Assembly: GCA_028534125.1 (NCBI GenBank)
Contig: CM052816.1
Span: 44,828,001-44,892,000, forward strand
Length of the DNA: 64,000 bases
Direction: 5' to 3'
Source of the DNA: Lama glama
Lineage: Eukaryota
Of the stretch, positions 52,171 through 64,000 are shown in pieces. A program made the translations under genes and the position numbers. Each line of letters starts with the position of its first letter. Within the stretch, counting starts at the first letter, position 1. The notes under the pieces were generated by a model. That model ran no database searches and was not told the origin of the DNA. It saw only the letters and a list, made by a program, of their open reading frames with translations.

Positions 52171-53953
52171 CTGCAAAAAGGAACACAAAGAATTCTGAGA
52201 TCAAAGGCTATTGATCACAATTCCAAAGTCAGTTTCACATATCTTATCCTGTGCACCAAAAAAAAAAAAATACTGGTTAATTTGCAAGCAAGCAGACCGG
52301 ACCCCAGGGCCAAGCTATGATTACCATCAAAATTGGTGTTATCAGTAAAAACTGGTGTTCCGCATCAACAATAATTCACAAAGGATCCCCTGCTACTGAT
52401 GGACAATCAACTCACTTGGGACACACACTGTTACTAGCATAAGGAATACAACTTAACTTGTTTAAAAACTGTATTTGTAGTTTATGATAATAAATTCTAC
52501 TAGAGCCACACATATTGTTAACTTATGTTTTATTTTTTGTTAGTAGCAAATTTTTATTTCTTTGGTGAGTGTCTTTAAAAATAGATCTTACTTGACTGAG
52601 ACTTTTAATAATGACATGGGGGTAAAACTAGCTGAGAATGATGAAGGATTTTTCAAAAGAAAAGGAAGTCTCAGTGTCACACCTTCACATCTGAAATACA
52701 TCCAATGATCTGGGGCTCCCATTGCCCAGTTTCCTTGAAGTTTCAGACCCCTTCAAAGATGCTAAGGGTATATAAAAATTTCCAATTTCTAAGAATAGGA
52801 TCCAAATATACTGATGTACCTACTCCTCTTTCTCTCATGGAGCCACAGCTTAGTCAGGGAGATGGAAAGCAATCAGAATCAAGTGTGATATGGGCTAAGA
52901 TACAGAGCGTACATCTGCTATAGTGACACCTTCAATGGACAAAATAACTACTCAAACGGATGAGAATGCCATTTGAGAGGGAAGTTTAATGTGGACTGCG
53001 TAAACTTCTCCTGAAGGCTGTATCACACACACAAAATCCCAAGACCTTTTTTCACTTAAAGTTCTTTACAACATGCAGATAAACATCAGATATTCCTCTG
53101 CACTGAATATCTTGGGATAACTTCTCTTCCAGAAACTGTTTCATATTCCTCATCACTTATACTCATGACAATAATACACCCCAGAAGTATCTTCTAGAAT
53201 AGATAACTATAAATTAGGAAGGATGTTACCTCACATTTACTCTAAGTAGATAATACGATTGCCTAATTTCATAACATTTGGTAACCTGCTTTGAGAATCA
53301 TGGCCATTCTAAAAATTATAAAAGGGACTTTTTACTGAGCCAGAAAATAAATGGAACTAAACAACATTAAATGTAGTAGCTTGAACACTAGAAGAAATAA
53401 AAGAATAACAATTCTTTGCTGAAGTTGCCAGGTTCTCTTCTCAGCAAAGACCTTAAAATATGTTCTCAAAATTCTCTTGAGGTGTTCATTCTTCTCTGAG
53501 TATCAGATGTCATTCCTTGCTTTATGATATAAAACTTTTCCCTCAACAAGAGCCACAATTGATTATTACATAACAGACTCATCTGCTGATTATAAAATTC
53601 CTTTGTGTCAGTGTACTACAACCACCGTTTTGGTTCCTACACAGTCACTACCCTGTTTATTAAACTTACATATATATTATAGTAAATAGACTCATCAGCC
53701 TTTATTTACACCCAACTAGACTACTTTTAGACCCAACCGGGAATTTTTTTTTCTCAACCACCTTCATAGTAAAATTGAAAACAAAACAAGGGAAAAAAAA
53801 GAATCTAGAGAAATATGTGAAAGAAATCAAGAATTTAAAAAATATTTTTATTTAACCACCATAGCTTATTATTATTAATTTTAGAACTAGGATAACAGGT
53901 GAAATCATGATTGAAAATATTAATTCTTAAACAGAGCTACATTGTTGATTAAA

Positions 53954-53993
53954 GTGTGTGTGTGTGTGTGCGCGCACGCACGCATGTATGTGT
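53954..53993. repeat. (TG)n/(CG)/(CACG) alternating purine-pyrimidine tract
   Basis: gtgtgtgtgtgtgtgtgcgcgcacgcacgcatgtatgtgt is 40 bp of unbroken R/Y alternation. Confidence 0.95.
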
Positions 53994-56274
53994 TTTCATA
54001 CAGAAGATGTGCAGTGTGAAAAATGGAAAGTATTCCACTGTGTTGCTGGCTAGATGGATGTGCTAATAATCTGGGTCAGCACACATGCTCCCGTTCAGCA
54101 GCTCTGGGTGCACTGTGATGTTTAGGAATGCTATTTTGAAAGGTGGAGCAAGAGGTCTGCCCTTGCATACACAAAAGTACAGTCCTAAGCAACTAGATGA
54201 TAATTACCCATTCCCATTACCACTCTTTATAAAAGAATAAGCTATTAGTTGTAGAAAAATTACATACATGCACAGAGTGTACTGGGAGAAATGATTGAGG
54301 ACCATAAATACTATTAAGTGCTTAGAAACCCTAGTGTCATGAAATTATAGATGAATATAGTGAAAGCTCAGCATCTGAAATAAACTCTGCCTACATAAAA
54401 GTCACTTAAGCCAGTTCTTACTATGAATTTTATATCTTGTTACCTATGCATTGGGTATAAAACTTAACTTCATGTACCAAGTCCACAGATTCTAAGTGAT
54501 TTGAGAAGGTCAGAATGGAGAATAGGACTGGTAACATTCTATACTAGATCTCATGCCCATAGGTTCCTGGTGTTCTTATTCTTTTTTTATATCCTTGTGG
54601 CCTCGTGTTTCCTTTTCCTCTTCTTTAGCTATGCTAGTTCTATATCTCAGGCAGGAAGTGGTAACTGTTTGCTGTCCAGGAAACTGACATAATGAAGGGA
54701 CTCTCAATAAATATATATGTAGCATAATTGAAAAATTGCATCAATGAGTTAAAATTTACTTTTGTAAAATTCTTATTTTTAAATATAATTTTGGAATAAA
54801 GAAATGTGGGGAGAGACATTTTTCAAGCTGTTGAGATGTTCTCAAGAGACTATCTAAAGCCAACATTGACAATGCAGTGTGCACCATCATTATTTTCTTT
54901 TATCTTGCTCTATACTGGTTGAGGGGACACATTTTTCTTTCTTTCTTTTAAAGGCATTTAAAAGCAGTGTTCCAGTTCTACAGCCAGCATCTTCACACCA
55001 TTCAAAAGACATACAGTCAATCATAACCCCGAACAGGAAGAAGAAGGTTAGTTTTCACTTAAGTAAAGTTTAGTGAAAAGCCAACAGATCAGTGTGATTA
55101 TGGCTAGATCAATGATGCATAGTTCTGAAAGGTTTTACACAAGCAGCAGTCTTTGGATGTAGCCCTAAGGAGCAGGTAGGTCAGGAAAAACATAAACACA
55201 ATGCCCAGCACATGTACCTCCCTTTGGGTCCATAAAGAATCTAACCAGATTGTCTAACGGGAAGACATTCTTGCCACAGTGGCAGGGTCAAAGCGTTTCC
55301 ATTTCTGCTGACTGCATTTCAGCCTTGAATATGTCAGCTAAGGGTTTCTGCTGGTCAAAGTCACAAAAATTCTGGTCGATATCTTTTATGAGGAATGACA
55401 AATGTAAAAAGATAAACTCTACTGTGTCAGATAAACTATATGAAGTTTTACTAGATCCCAGGCAAAGATTTAACAACATGGAGTCAATTTCTAAGTCTTC
55501 TGCTACTTCAAGGTAACAAAAAAACTCTCACTAAAAAGATTCCTGACCAGGCTAGAGACTGTTACGTTCAAGGCTATGAAAATCTTGAGAGGTATTCTGT
55601 TTAGACAGGAACTGTTTTAGAGAAGTTTAAAAAGAAGTTTCTCATGACATATCAGAAAAAAATGGGAATCTCGCCAAGTCTCAGAAAAGATGAATTTTGA
55701 GTAATCTACCTGTGGCAGAATACTTTTGGAACTTTTACTATCCAGCTTTTCTATAACCCCTAGAGGAATCTTTTAATACAGAGACAACAGAGTTGCGTGA
55801 GTAATCAGTCCTGGATTTCACCTCTAAGCAGGAGAAAGAGTCACTCTTCATTTTATCTAAGTGTGTTCTAAACCATCTCTGGATTACTTCAAAAAAGAAA
55901 AACACAGGAGGGTTTAATCTAGCAGAAATGTAAATGAGAACCTACTTACTCTTTTGAGCATTACAAAAATTACAAAGTCTTCACCCCTGTTAGCATAAAT
56001 GCTACTTCTGCATATATCTCAAGTGAGGTTCTTATCTGATCTTTTCTTTTGAAATCTGGAAGACACAGCCAAGACTGTTTTCCTCTTTTTCTTGTTTTTC
56101 TTGCTCTTCTCTCTCTTTTGCTTCCTTCTTCTTCCAGTTCTGAATTGGACTAGTCCAATATTTCTATTGCAATAAACTGTAATTACTTACCATTTCATTG
56201 TATCTCACTAACCTCATCTTGAAATAATTTCCATTTGGAAGTCACAAATAGGCACCAAAGAGATTATAATTGGG

Positions 56275-56385
56275 TCTGCAGCATGTGCTACATGGATTCT
56301 AATCACAGCTTTGTCACAAACTTGCTGTGTGATCTGGACACAGCCACTTGCCGACTCTGTCTGATTTTGTCTGAACTATCACAAA
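56275..56385 (+). mobile_element. MIR fragment
   Basis: It reads ggattctaatcacagctttgtcacaaacttgctgtgtgatctggacacagccacttgccgactctgtctgattt. Confidence 0.65.
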
Positions 56386-59300
56386 AATACCTCCTCCACT
56401 AATATGCACAGCAGAATAAAGAACACTTGGTACATCAAAGCAACAAATTCTCGTTAAATGTTTTCATTAACTATAACCTTAAAATAATAGCATTTGCAAA
56501 CAAGTATCTTGATCATATTTGCCATGCACAAGTCGGTACTGTATTATATCAGTCAAATAAACTGTATGTAGATACCCCCAAGCACCAAGGAAAGTCTAAG
56601 GTTCTTGTGTACATACAGCAAGTCTGTGCTCAAGATAATAGTGAAGTAAAAATGACTTCTTTACAAATGTCCTTAGTAATAAAGAAAAGGGAATATATGA
56701 TACATAACCAAAATGGTGTTTAAATAGACTGTTTTTCATATTTTTCACAGCTTCAGTAGCTTTCAAAGAAAGATTTCAGGGGCTACACATCCTGTAGAAA
56801 GCATCAAATCAAAAGGATCGACCATTAAGTTTAGCAGCATGATTCATTTTACCAACTTTCCTCAGCCTTCTAATACTCCTTTTCAAAAACTGCAAACTGC
56901 GTGAGAATGTGAGTGTATTAAATTACACCATTATGTCCTCAGAGAAAATATTTTCTATTATCCAGGCAAGGAGCAATCTTTGCTCAACCATGACAGATTC
57001 GCAACTGGGTGATCTAGAATTTCTGGTCTTGAACACAAGCCAGTCAAAATCTTTAACAATGAAAACAGTTATTTATAAAGAGGTTTACTGGTGCAGTATC
57101 TTAGAGTCAAAAATAATATGAAACCTTGGAGAGAGAAGACCTTGTACCTATTATTCTGCTTCCTATAATAAAGTAATTCCAGTTATATAAGCACACAGAA
57201 GCTACTTGAGTTTAAAATAAAGATGATTTTCTCATTTGTGGCTAAATTTTTTTAATTTAACTTTAGTTGCTTGAATTGAATTGACTTATCTGTCAATAAT
57301 ACATGTTTCCTTCTAGATAAAATAGGTCTACAAAGAAGCTGTCAAACTGTTGTCAATAGTGCAGGACTGCAATGGATCAGAAGATAATTAGCTTGAAATG
57401 TCTGGTAAAATAGCTTTTCTAGTTCTCTTTATGCTCACAGCTATTGCTACATCTCTTCCAAAGCATTTGCTTTCACCTTACTTGAGAAATTTATTAAAAT
57501 CTATTAGTTCCCTTTCCCAAAAAGCAAATCATGTGTCCTAAAATGCACTTTTTATGATTTCTTCTAATAAAATCAAGTTCAAAAAAATTTAACATCTGCA
57601 AAAACAGTGATTAAACCAAAGAATTCTATTTCATATTTTACTAAAGCAGACAAATCAATTGCCAAAACAATGATTCATAAACAAGAAATAAAATAAAACA
57701 AATTGCTTTTTCAAACAGATATTGAAGTCAGGAGACAATTCATGCTTAGAACTGAAATATTATGTATTCACAGCACCATGACCTCTCACCTTAGGTGATA
57801 AAATACACAGGTCAGAATTGACAATACATACTCATAGCTGATCATGGCTGCTAGTTATTGATCAAAGGAGAAAAAAGTACTTTGCAGGAACAACATTGCT
57901 CTGAATTACAAACATCCATTCTCGTGAGACTCAGCAACTCTGGGTTTCTCCCTGTGGAACTGGAAGCAAGAAGTGAGTTCAGCCAGTATTTAATATCAAG
58001 AGAATGCGGTGTTTAATCAATAGTCTTCTGCTTTGTTCCTCGATGTGGAAAACAGTGTCTATTCATTCAGCAAAGGTTAATGCCAAGGGTCAAGTGATTT
58101 CACACTCTCGGTAGGATCCACAACATTGCAGTAGTTCAGATGCCTCTGACAGTGATGACTCAGTTGGACTGATTTACTGCCACTCGAAGGCCCTGCCTAA
58201 TACTAAAGTGCTCTCTTATGATAATATCTCAGAAAATAGCACTGATAAAAGAGGAGGCAATAATTACCTACATTTTGAGGTAATGTCTTCATTTCTAACA
58301 TCCTATAAAGATGTAAGATCCATTTTAAATGATCTGCTTCTTGTATTAGCAAGCCATTTAAACAAGATCTTAGCAGCAGCATCTATTTTATGAAATATAC
58401 CACGAAAGAAATGCAGTAAATTTATGATACAAATGTAACATAATACAAGACTTTACATGTTTTAGATAATCCTTTTTTAGTATTTACTTATTGTAATATT
58501 CTTCATATCAGATAAGAAAAAGGAAAAATATTTGCAGATGTGAGGAAAAATATGATTTAATATAGTTAATTCTATCAAACAATGAAGACACAATTTGCTA
58601 TTCGATTTCTTTCTTTTTGATCAAATCTAGCACTATACAGGCAGGCTGAACAGACATGCCTATACATTCTTCCTAAATGTGGTTCACTTAAAGCAGTATT
58701 AGTTGAGGTCATTGTTTTAAACCAGAACACATTTGACTATGTCAGGGGTCCAATCTTTAATATGTTAGTATCCATGATTATTATTCAGCAATGCCTCATT
58801 CCAGATGTGTTTCATATAATGAAAGAAGTTCAAATGTCACCAAGAAAACAGTGTGAGAAGAATTAATTGGAAAGCTTATCATAGGGAAGTCGTTTAGAAT
58901 CCAGCTTTCACTAATATATCTGTGGATGAATTATATATAGCAATCAATTAGTAAAGTAAAATAAATTCTGTAAATTTATCTAAAGACATTCTATCATTAC
59001 AAGTGGAAGGATATTTGAAACAGTTCATTATTTCCCATTCTTGGTGATTAGTATTTAAAGTACTCCAATAAAAATTTTCTGCCTTCTACTCCCTCTTTTC
59101 ATAGGAGATAGTTTTCAGAACTCTTAATCTAAACTAATTAAGACCATAATTAATTCAGAAACACTACTTCAAACTATTTTAAGCAGTTATTTTAAAGAAT
59201 ATGCAAAATAGTATGCACTAAAAATAAACTTTCTTATATTTATGTAATTCAAGAAAACTTATCTTTAATCTTCAACAATAGTATTTGCCTTAAAAACAAA

Positions 59301-59387
59301 CAAAATGGTGAACAAAGTAATTTTGATGTGAACAACAATTACATTGCAAAGCAAACACCTATACGATGTCCAGAGGCCTGAATTTAC

Positions 59388-59478
59388 CTTTTATTCAAAC
59401 TTGTCTTCAAAGGATGATGACTTTTCTGCAATTCTTTCCCAAAGGAAATGATTTTTTATAGGCCATATATTTTACAAC
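59388..59478 (-). other. FOXP2: 91-nt untranslated internal exon; tentatively FOXP2 upstream 5'-UTR exon 's3'
   Basis: Seen: a branch-like CTAAT plus a long pyrimidine tract (gctaataattatttttctttttccgattatag|G), a donor AAG|gtaaat, and stops in all three frames. Recalled but not verified: FOXP2 has a 91-nt untranslated exon flanked by very long AT-rich introns. I am more confident that this is an exon than of the gene name. Confidence 0.55.
59407..59466 (-). other. Candidate uORF MAYKKSFPLGKNCRKVIIL* within the untranslated exon
   Basis: ATG at 59466 (context tatATGG) runs to a TGA ending at 59407. The ORF is wholly exonic. Confidence 0.45.
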
Positions 59479-60642
59479 CTATAATCGGAAAAAGAAAAAT
59501 AATTATTAGCAAAGCTTTTGAAAATAAGACAAAAAGATCAACAAACTAAATACATTGCTTATTCGTAACAAAAATAGCATTAGTGACCAAAGTGCCCTAA
59601 AGAAAAGACTGCAAGCAGACAAGATTGGACTTTTCAAGAATTTTCCAAGGGTATTTTTACTCAATAACTTTCCCATATACTGTCCTTCAGACTAAAGATA
59701 TTTACTGGGAAATATAACCCAATTAATTCAGACATGGATAAAATAAGTAGCCTAGAAAGAAAATATGCACATGTCTAATTTTGCATCTCAAATACAGCTA
59801 AATAAATTACAAATAATGTAATCATTTTGAATGGCTAATAAGATATTTGCATATTTTGAGTTTTACAATTGCATTTAACATGTATATAATGGCCAGAATA
59901 AAATATGCTACACTGTTATTTTGCCTATAGTCATAAGTATGAAATATAAACAATAGTTCATATTTCAGTATGACTGAGGGAAAAAACATTTTTAAGGGTG
60001 AATTTTTTATTTCAACAGTAATTATCTCTTGAAATCATGCCAACACATTAAAAAAACAGTATGTGTGGTCATTGTCTTTTCTATTCTTATGTGTTCATGT
60101 GTATAAAAAAAGGGAAAAAAGATATGTATGAAACTCTGTTAATACAGTCTTATCTCAGAAATTTAAACACTATTTAGAACTTTAAAAAATTATCAGCTTT
60201 GCACACTTGTCAGCTGTAATTTAAAACCCTTTAATACTGATTTTAGTGCCTTAAATGAGAATTATCTCGAGTAATACGCTTTTCTCAATAAAAACATACT
60301 TAGGTCAGGACAGCAAGCTTAATGAGCTGATTTTTGATAATTACTGCAAAACATGTCTGTAGCTAAGTCCCTTCTATATATCAATTTCAAAATACCTAAA
60401 TAGGAAAAAGACAAAAAAAAAAAACCACACTGCTTACTTTATATTTTCAAAATCCTTAGTCAACAGTATTCACAAAACCTTTATTCAAAGGTTTAAACCA
60501 TTACTGTAATGAAGTTGCCAGATATTCTCTAAAATGAATTTTCTATAACAATGTTCACTAACGAGTCCAAAATGGTAATAAAGTATATTATTTTTATTCA
60601 ATACAAAGACAACACATATTCATTTCATAAAATTCAGAAAAT

Positions 60643-60874
60643 TAAGTACAGCATGGTGACTACAATAAACAATACAGTATTATATACTTGAAAGTTGCTA
60701 AGAGAAGAGATTGTGCTCTTACTTCAAAAAAAGAAATTGTAATTAAGTGAGGTATTACAGGTGTTAATGCTACTGTGGTAATTATTTAGCAATATATAAG
60801 TTTATCAAATCAAATTTATATACCTTAAACTACACAATGTTATACATCTGTTATATATCAATAAAGCTGGAAAA
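60643..60874 (+). mobile_element. L1MA9/L1MB-type 3' end
   Basis: It reads gtacagcatggtgactacaataaacaatacagtattatatacttgaaagttgctaagag...atatcaataaagctggaaaa. Confidence 0.88.
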
Positions 60875-62744
60875 TGTTTTGAAATTTTTTTAAGTAATTT
60901 TGAGAAAGCAGAAAATAAAATTAAAAAGACCTTTAAACTTATCTCCTATTTTTCCATGCATCTAGTCTTTTGTAAATATGTTACATATATGCATGCATAT
61001 TTAAAAAATATCTAACATATCATGTGTTCATAATGAGGTCAGAGTGGTACATACCATTTTCTAACTTAATTTTTCACCTACAAATATACTATGAATATCA
61101 TTGCACATACTTATGTATTCGTTTATTAATAAAATTTTATTTTATTAATTTATCACAGTAATTTAGCCATTTTTTCTCTGTTTAAGCATTAAAATCATTT
61201 TCTTTTTATAACTAATATAGATGAGGCTGTGATAAACATATTTTAATTAAATTTATTTAGGAAAAATACCATAAAAAAAGAATCACAGGCTCAAAGGATA
61301 CAAAAAGTCATAAAACTTCAGACAAGGTGGAAAAGTTATCTCTTAAATTATGAACATTTTATTGTTAAACTCATGAAGCAAATAAAGAATGGAAACATTT
61401 TTGACCATTTTAACCACATAATTTCCCAGACATTATAATTATGCTCCACAGTAGGCTTTATATTTTCTAATACTTTTCTTAATAGTCAATAACTAGCAAG
61501 TTTCCATTCATTGTTTTGTTCAAAAAGTTATTTTTAATGGGCAATACTGGATATAACCTTCCTCAATCACACAATGGGAAATTATGAAAGTTTCACCAGC
61601 TTTTAAAGGATGCATACAGTGTAACAAATATATACACTTTAGAATTTCCCAGATTCTTAATTTTGTAGCCATTCTAAAGACAGTTTGACTCTATTACTGA
61701 GATTACATATTATTCAGTACAATGTATAGTAAGAAAAGGAGTAAGTACCAAATCACAAATCTTACTTAGATGTGTTGAAGTCACCTTGGTTAGGGAATTC
61801 AACATAAAAACTCATTATTTCCAAATCCCAACACAAGCCAAATCCCAATTAAAGATTTTTTTGGTATAATCTCCTTTCCAAAGAGCTATCCAGTATGGAA
61901 TTAAATAAAATATTTTAAGTATTTATATATTGCCCTTTGCTTATTTATCAACATCATTAAAATTCACTTTAAATATTTTGATTTTATATATATGCAGATT
62001 AAAGTTGCCCTTCATTCCAAAGACAAAAAAAACTCAAATATTCTCACATTAATGGATCAGTAGTCAACATTTATTAATCATTTTCCACATTTTTAACAGA
62101 TGACAAGTTAAAAAATAATTTTACTAAAGTATATTTGAAAATCAGTATAGAAACCAATAGGATAGTAGTTTTTAAATCCTAGTACTAATCATGGAACTTT
62201 TAATTTAGAACAGTTGTTAATATCAATTAATACTATATACCAAAAGTATCAAAGGATAAAGTTGACAGTATTCAGTGTGAAGTAAATTTTATTTATAACC
62301 AAACATACTGTTGTCCATAAGTTTTGCTTGTTTTTAGATTAATAATTATCCAAAAATATTGAAAAAGACTACTAGAGAGAACAATTAAATGAAAAATATG
62401 ATTTGCCATTTTTTCTCTTGACTTAGTATTACAAATTAGACATGCCATTCACACAACTAGCTAAATCACAATCTTGCTGGGGTTTAGGAAGAGCCATAGG
62501 CTTTTAGAGGTAGCACTTTTTTGGTTAACTATAAATTTTTTTAAATTGTCACAGCATTGTTTAAATGTTAGTACCTAGCCTGTTATTTTTACATACAACC
62601 TAAAAATCATGATAAATTGGGATATCTCACCAATTTTATTATATGGAGCTAAAATGTTTTTGAATATACATTTCAAAGATTTTCTTTTATCTTCGCTTAC
62701 TTTTCAGGTATTGCATTCAAGAGCAAAACATATCTAAACATAAT

Positions 62745-63065
62745 TGTACAGATTAGAATAGGCAAAATTATATAGCATAAACAAACAATACCCAAATATT
62801 AGTGGCTTGAAGTAACCATATTTTATTTCTAGCTCACACTACCCAGTCAACAGGTGGAGAAGATAGTCTATTCATTGTCGAAGCCCAGGCACCCAGACTG
62901 ATAAAGATTATCTAACACAGATTGCCATGATCACAATGCCAGAGAGAAGATAATGCGACCATCACACACTTCTCACAATCCATTTGCCAAAACTACACTT
63001 TATATACTTAACTTTGAAGAGGCAGAGTAGTGGAAATATTGGGTGATAGGCTCTAATTCTACCAC
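62745..63065 (-). mobile_element. Old MaLR LTR remnant (MLT1J/K/L-like)
   Basis: It reads aacaaacaatacccaaatattagtggcttgaa...tttatttctagctcacac...ttctcacaatccatttgccaaaactacac...ctaattctaccaca. Confidence 0.65.
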
Positions 63066-64000
63066 AAAAACTTAACAAGCTTAACTAGTGATAAAAATGC
63101 ATTTTATTGGATAAATAATGTCAGTGAAAAAGCAATGTATATAAAAAATGGGGAAATAGTAAAAATTAAAAGTTCCTCAATATATTTGTGTAATATTGAG
63201 TTATTAACATAAAAATAGGCCCCTTTCAAATGTTGGAGAATTAATGAATGAGTAAATTAATGAATGAGTTTGTTAGTGAGTAAATAATCACAAACCTTTC
63301 TCACTGAGAAAAAGATAATGACATCATGAAGATAATTCTACTATTGTAAGAGAAATTGGCCAGGCAGAAAATTTAATGAAAGATCAAAAATTTTGTATTT
63401 GCTAGCACAATAAATTACTTTTTTGGCATTATGTGGATTAAGCATGGGGAAATAAAATATTTCTTAACTTGCTTTACTTTAAAGATAATTGTCCATCCAA
63501 TTATGGGCAGTTTTCCCCTCAGTACCACCCAAATGTGTTATATGCTTCTTGATTCTGCAGCAAAATTAAAAACTAAAAAGTATAATGTCATATTTAGACA
63601 TGTCCCAGCATTAGAGGACTTTTCAATGGGCACAGGAAACAAGCTATGAACCATCTGATTGTAATATAGAGCAGAATGAGACAAGTACAACACAGATCTG
63701 AACTGGCCCCCAAATAAGAGTATTTGGTCCCAAGAGCATTTTATTTCAGCATTCTTCAAAATAAATTTTCATAGCTCAAGTAATTTCTGCAGCTGAAATA
63801 TTTCTTCTAACTATAGAAGGAAAAATGATCCCAAGTGGTATATTTTAACAAAAATGCATCCTTAACATTCCGTAGGTAAACCTGCAGAAAGTGGTCTCAG
63901 TTTATTAGAAAAAAAATCAGAGATGTTAACATAGCTTTATGATTATGTTCGTCTGTCTTTTTAAAAGTCTACAAGGTACCCTTCACATATACGTGAGTAC

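Larger units (their letters stand above)
1..59387 (-). other. Long intron downstream of the 91-nt untranslated exon (putatively the FOXP2 5' region)
   Basis: It begins at the AAG|GTAAAT donor at 59387 on the minus strand. No recognisable coding exon occurs in the following 59 kb. The gene identity is inferred only from the exon at 59388-59478. Confidence 0.5.

Noticed and set aside
56144..56159. Perfect 16-bp palindrome ATTGGACTAGTCCAAT
   Set aside because: About one palindrome with 8-bp arms is expected by chance in 64 kb (64000/4^8), and there is no further stem.
59388..59478. Alternative gene identities for the 91-nt exon (SGMS1, MBD5, ZBTB20 leader exons)
   Set aside because: These genes also have multi-exon leaders, but the exon sizes and neighbouring exons I recall fit less well. 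They are not excluded without a BLAST.
1..64000. tRNA, rRNA, snoRNA, miRNA hairpins, processed pseudogenes, CpG island
   Set aside because: I recognised none by eye. tRNAscan-SE, Infernal/Rfam and BLASTX would be needed to exclude them formally.

Overview
This is AT-rich, CpG-depleted eutherian genomic DNA with no convincing protein-coding gene. All listed ORFs look like noise or L1 ORF2 remnants. It contains a 100-N assembly gap at 12222-12321. The repeats are young L1 3' ends, ancient L1M/L2/MIR fragments, MaLR/ERVL LTRs, a Tigger/MER47-type DNA transposon and a solo ERV1-like LTR. I saw no Alu, B1/B2, SINEC, PRE-1 or Bov-tA/BovB. That absence, together with the style of the young L1 3' UTR, suggests a camelid (inference). 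The strongest gene signal is a 91-nt minus-strand exon at 59388-59478 with canonical splice sites and stop codons in all three frames. From memory, its size and setting fit the untranslated upstream exon 's3' of FOXP2, which would make the rest of the window intron. This assignment is unverified and needs a BLAST. The most interesting items are: a 19-codon uORF wholly inside that exon; a second candidate untranslated cassette exon 7 kb downstream; a solo LTR with six 23-bp CCAAT-box repeats, two octamers and a TATA box, oriented antisense to the putative host gene; a twin-primed inverted L1; a 108-bp L1 insertion with an intact TSD; and TE-poor blocks carrying CTCF, RFX, PBX-HOX/MEIS and TCF motifs. 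I found no evidence for a novel multi-component biological system. Boundaries of old repeats are approximate and subfamily names are by eye.
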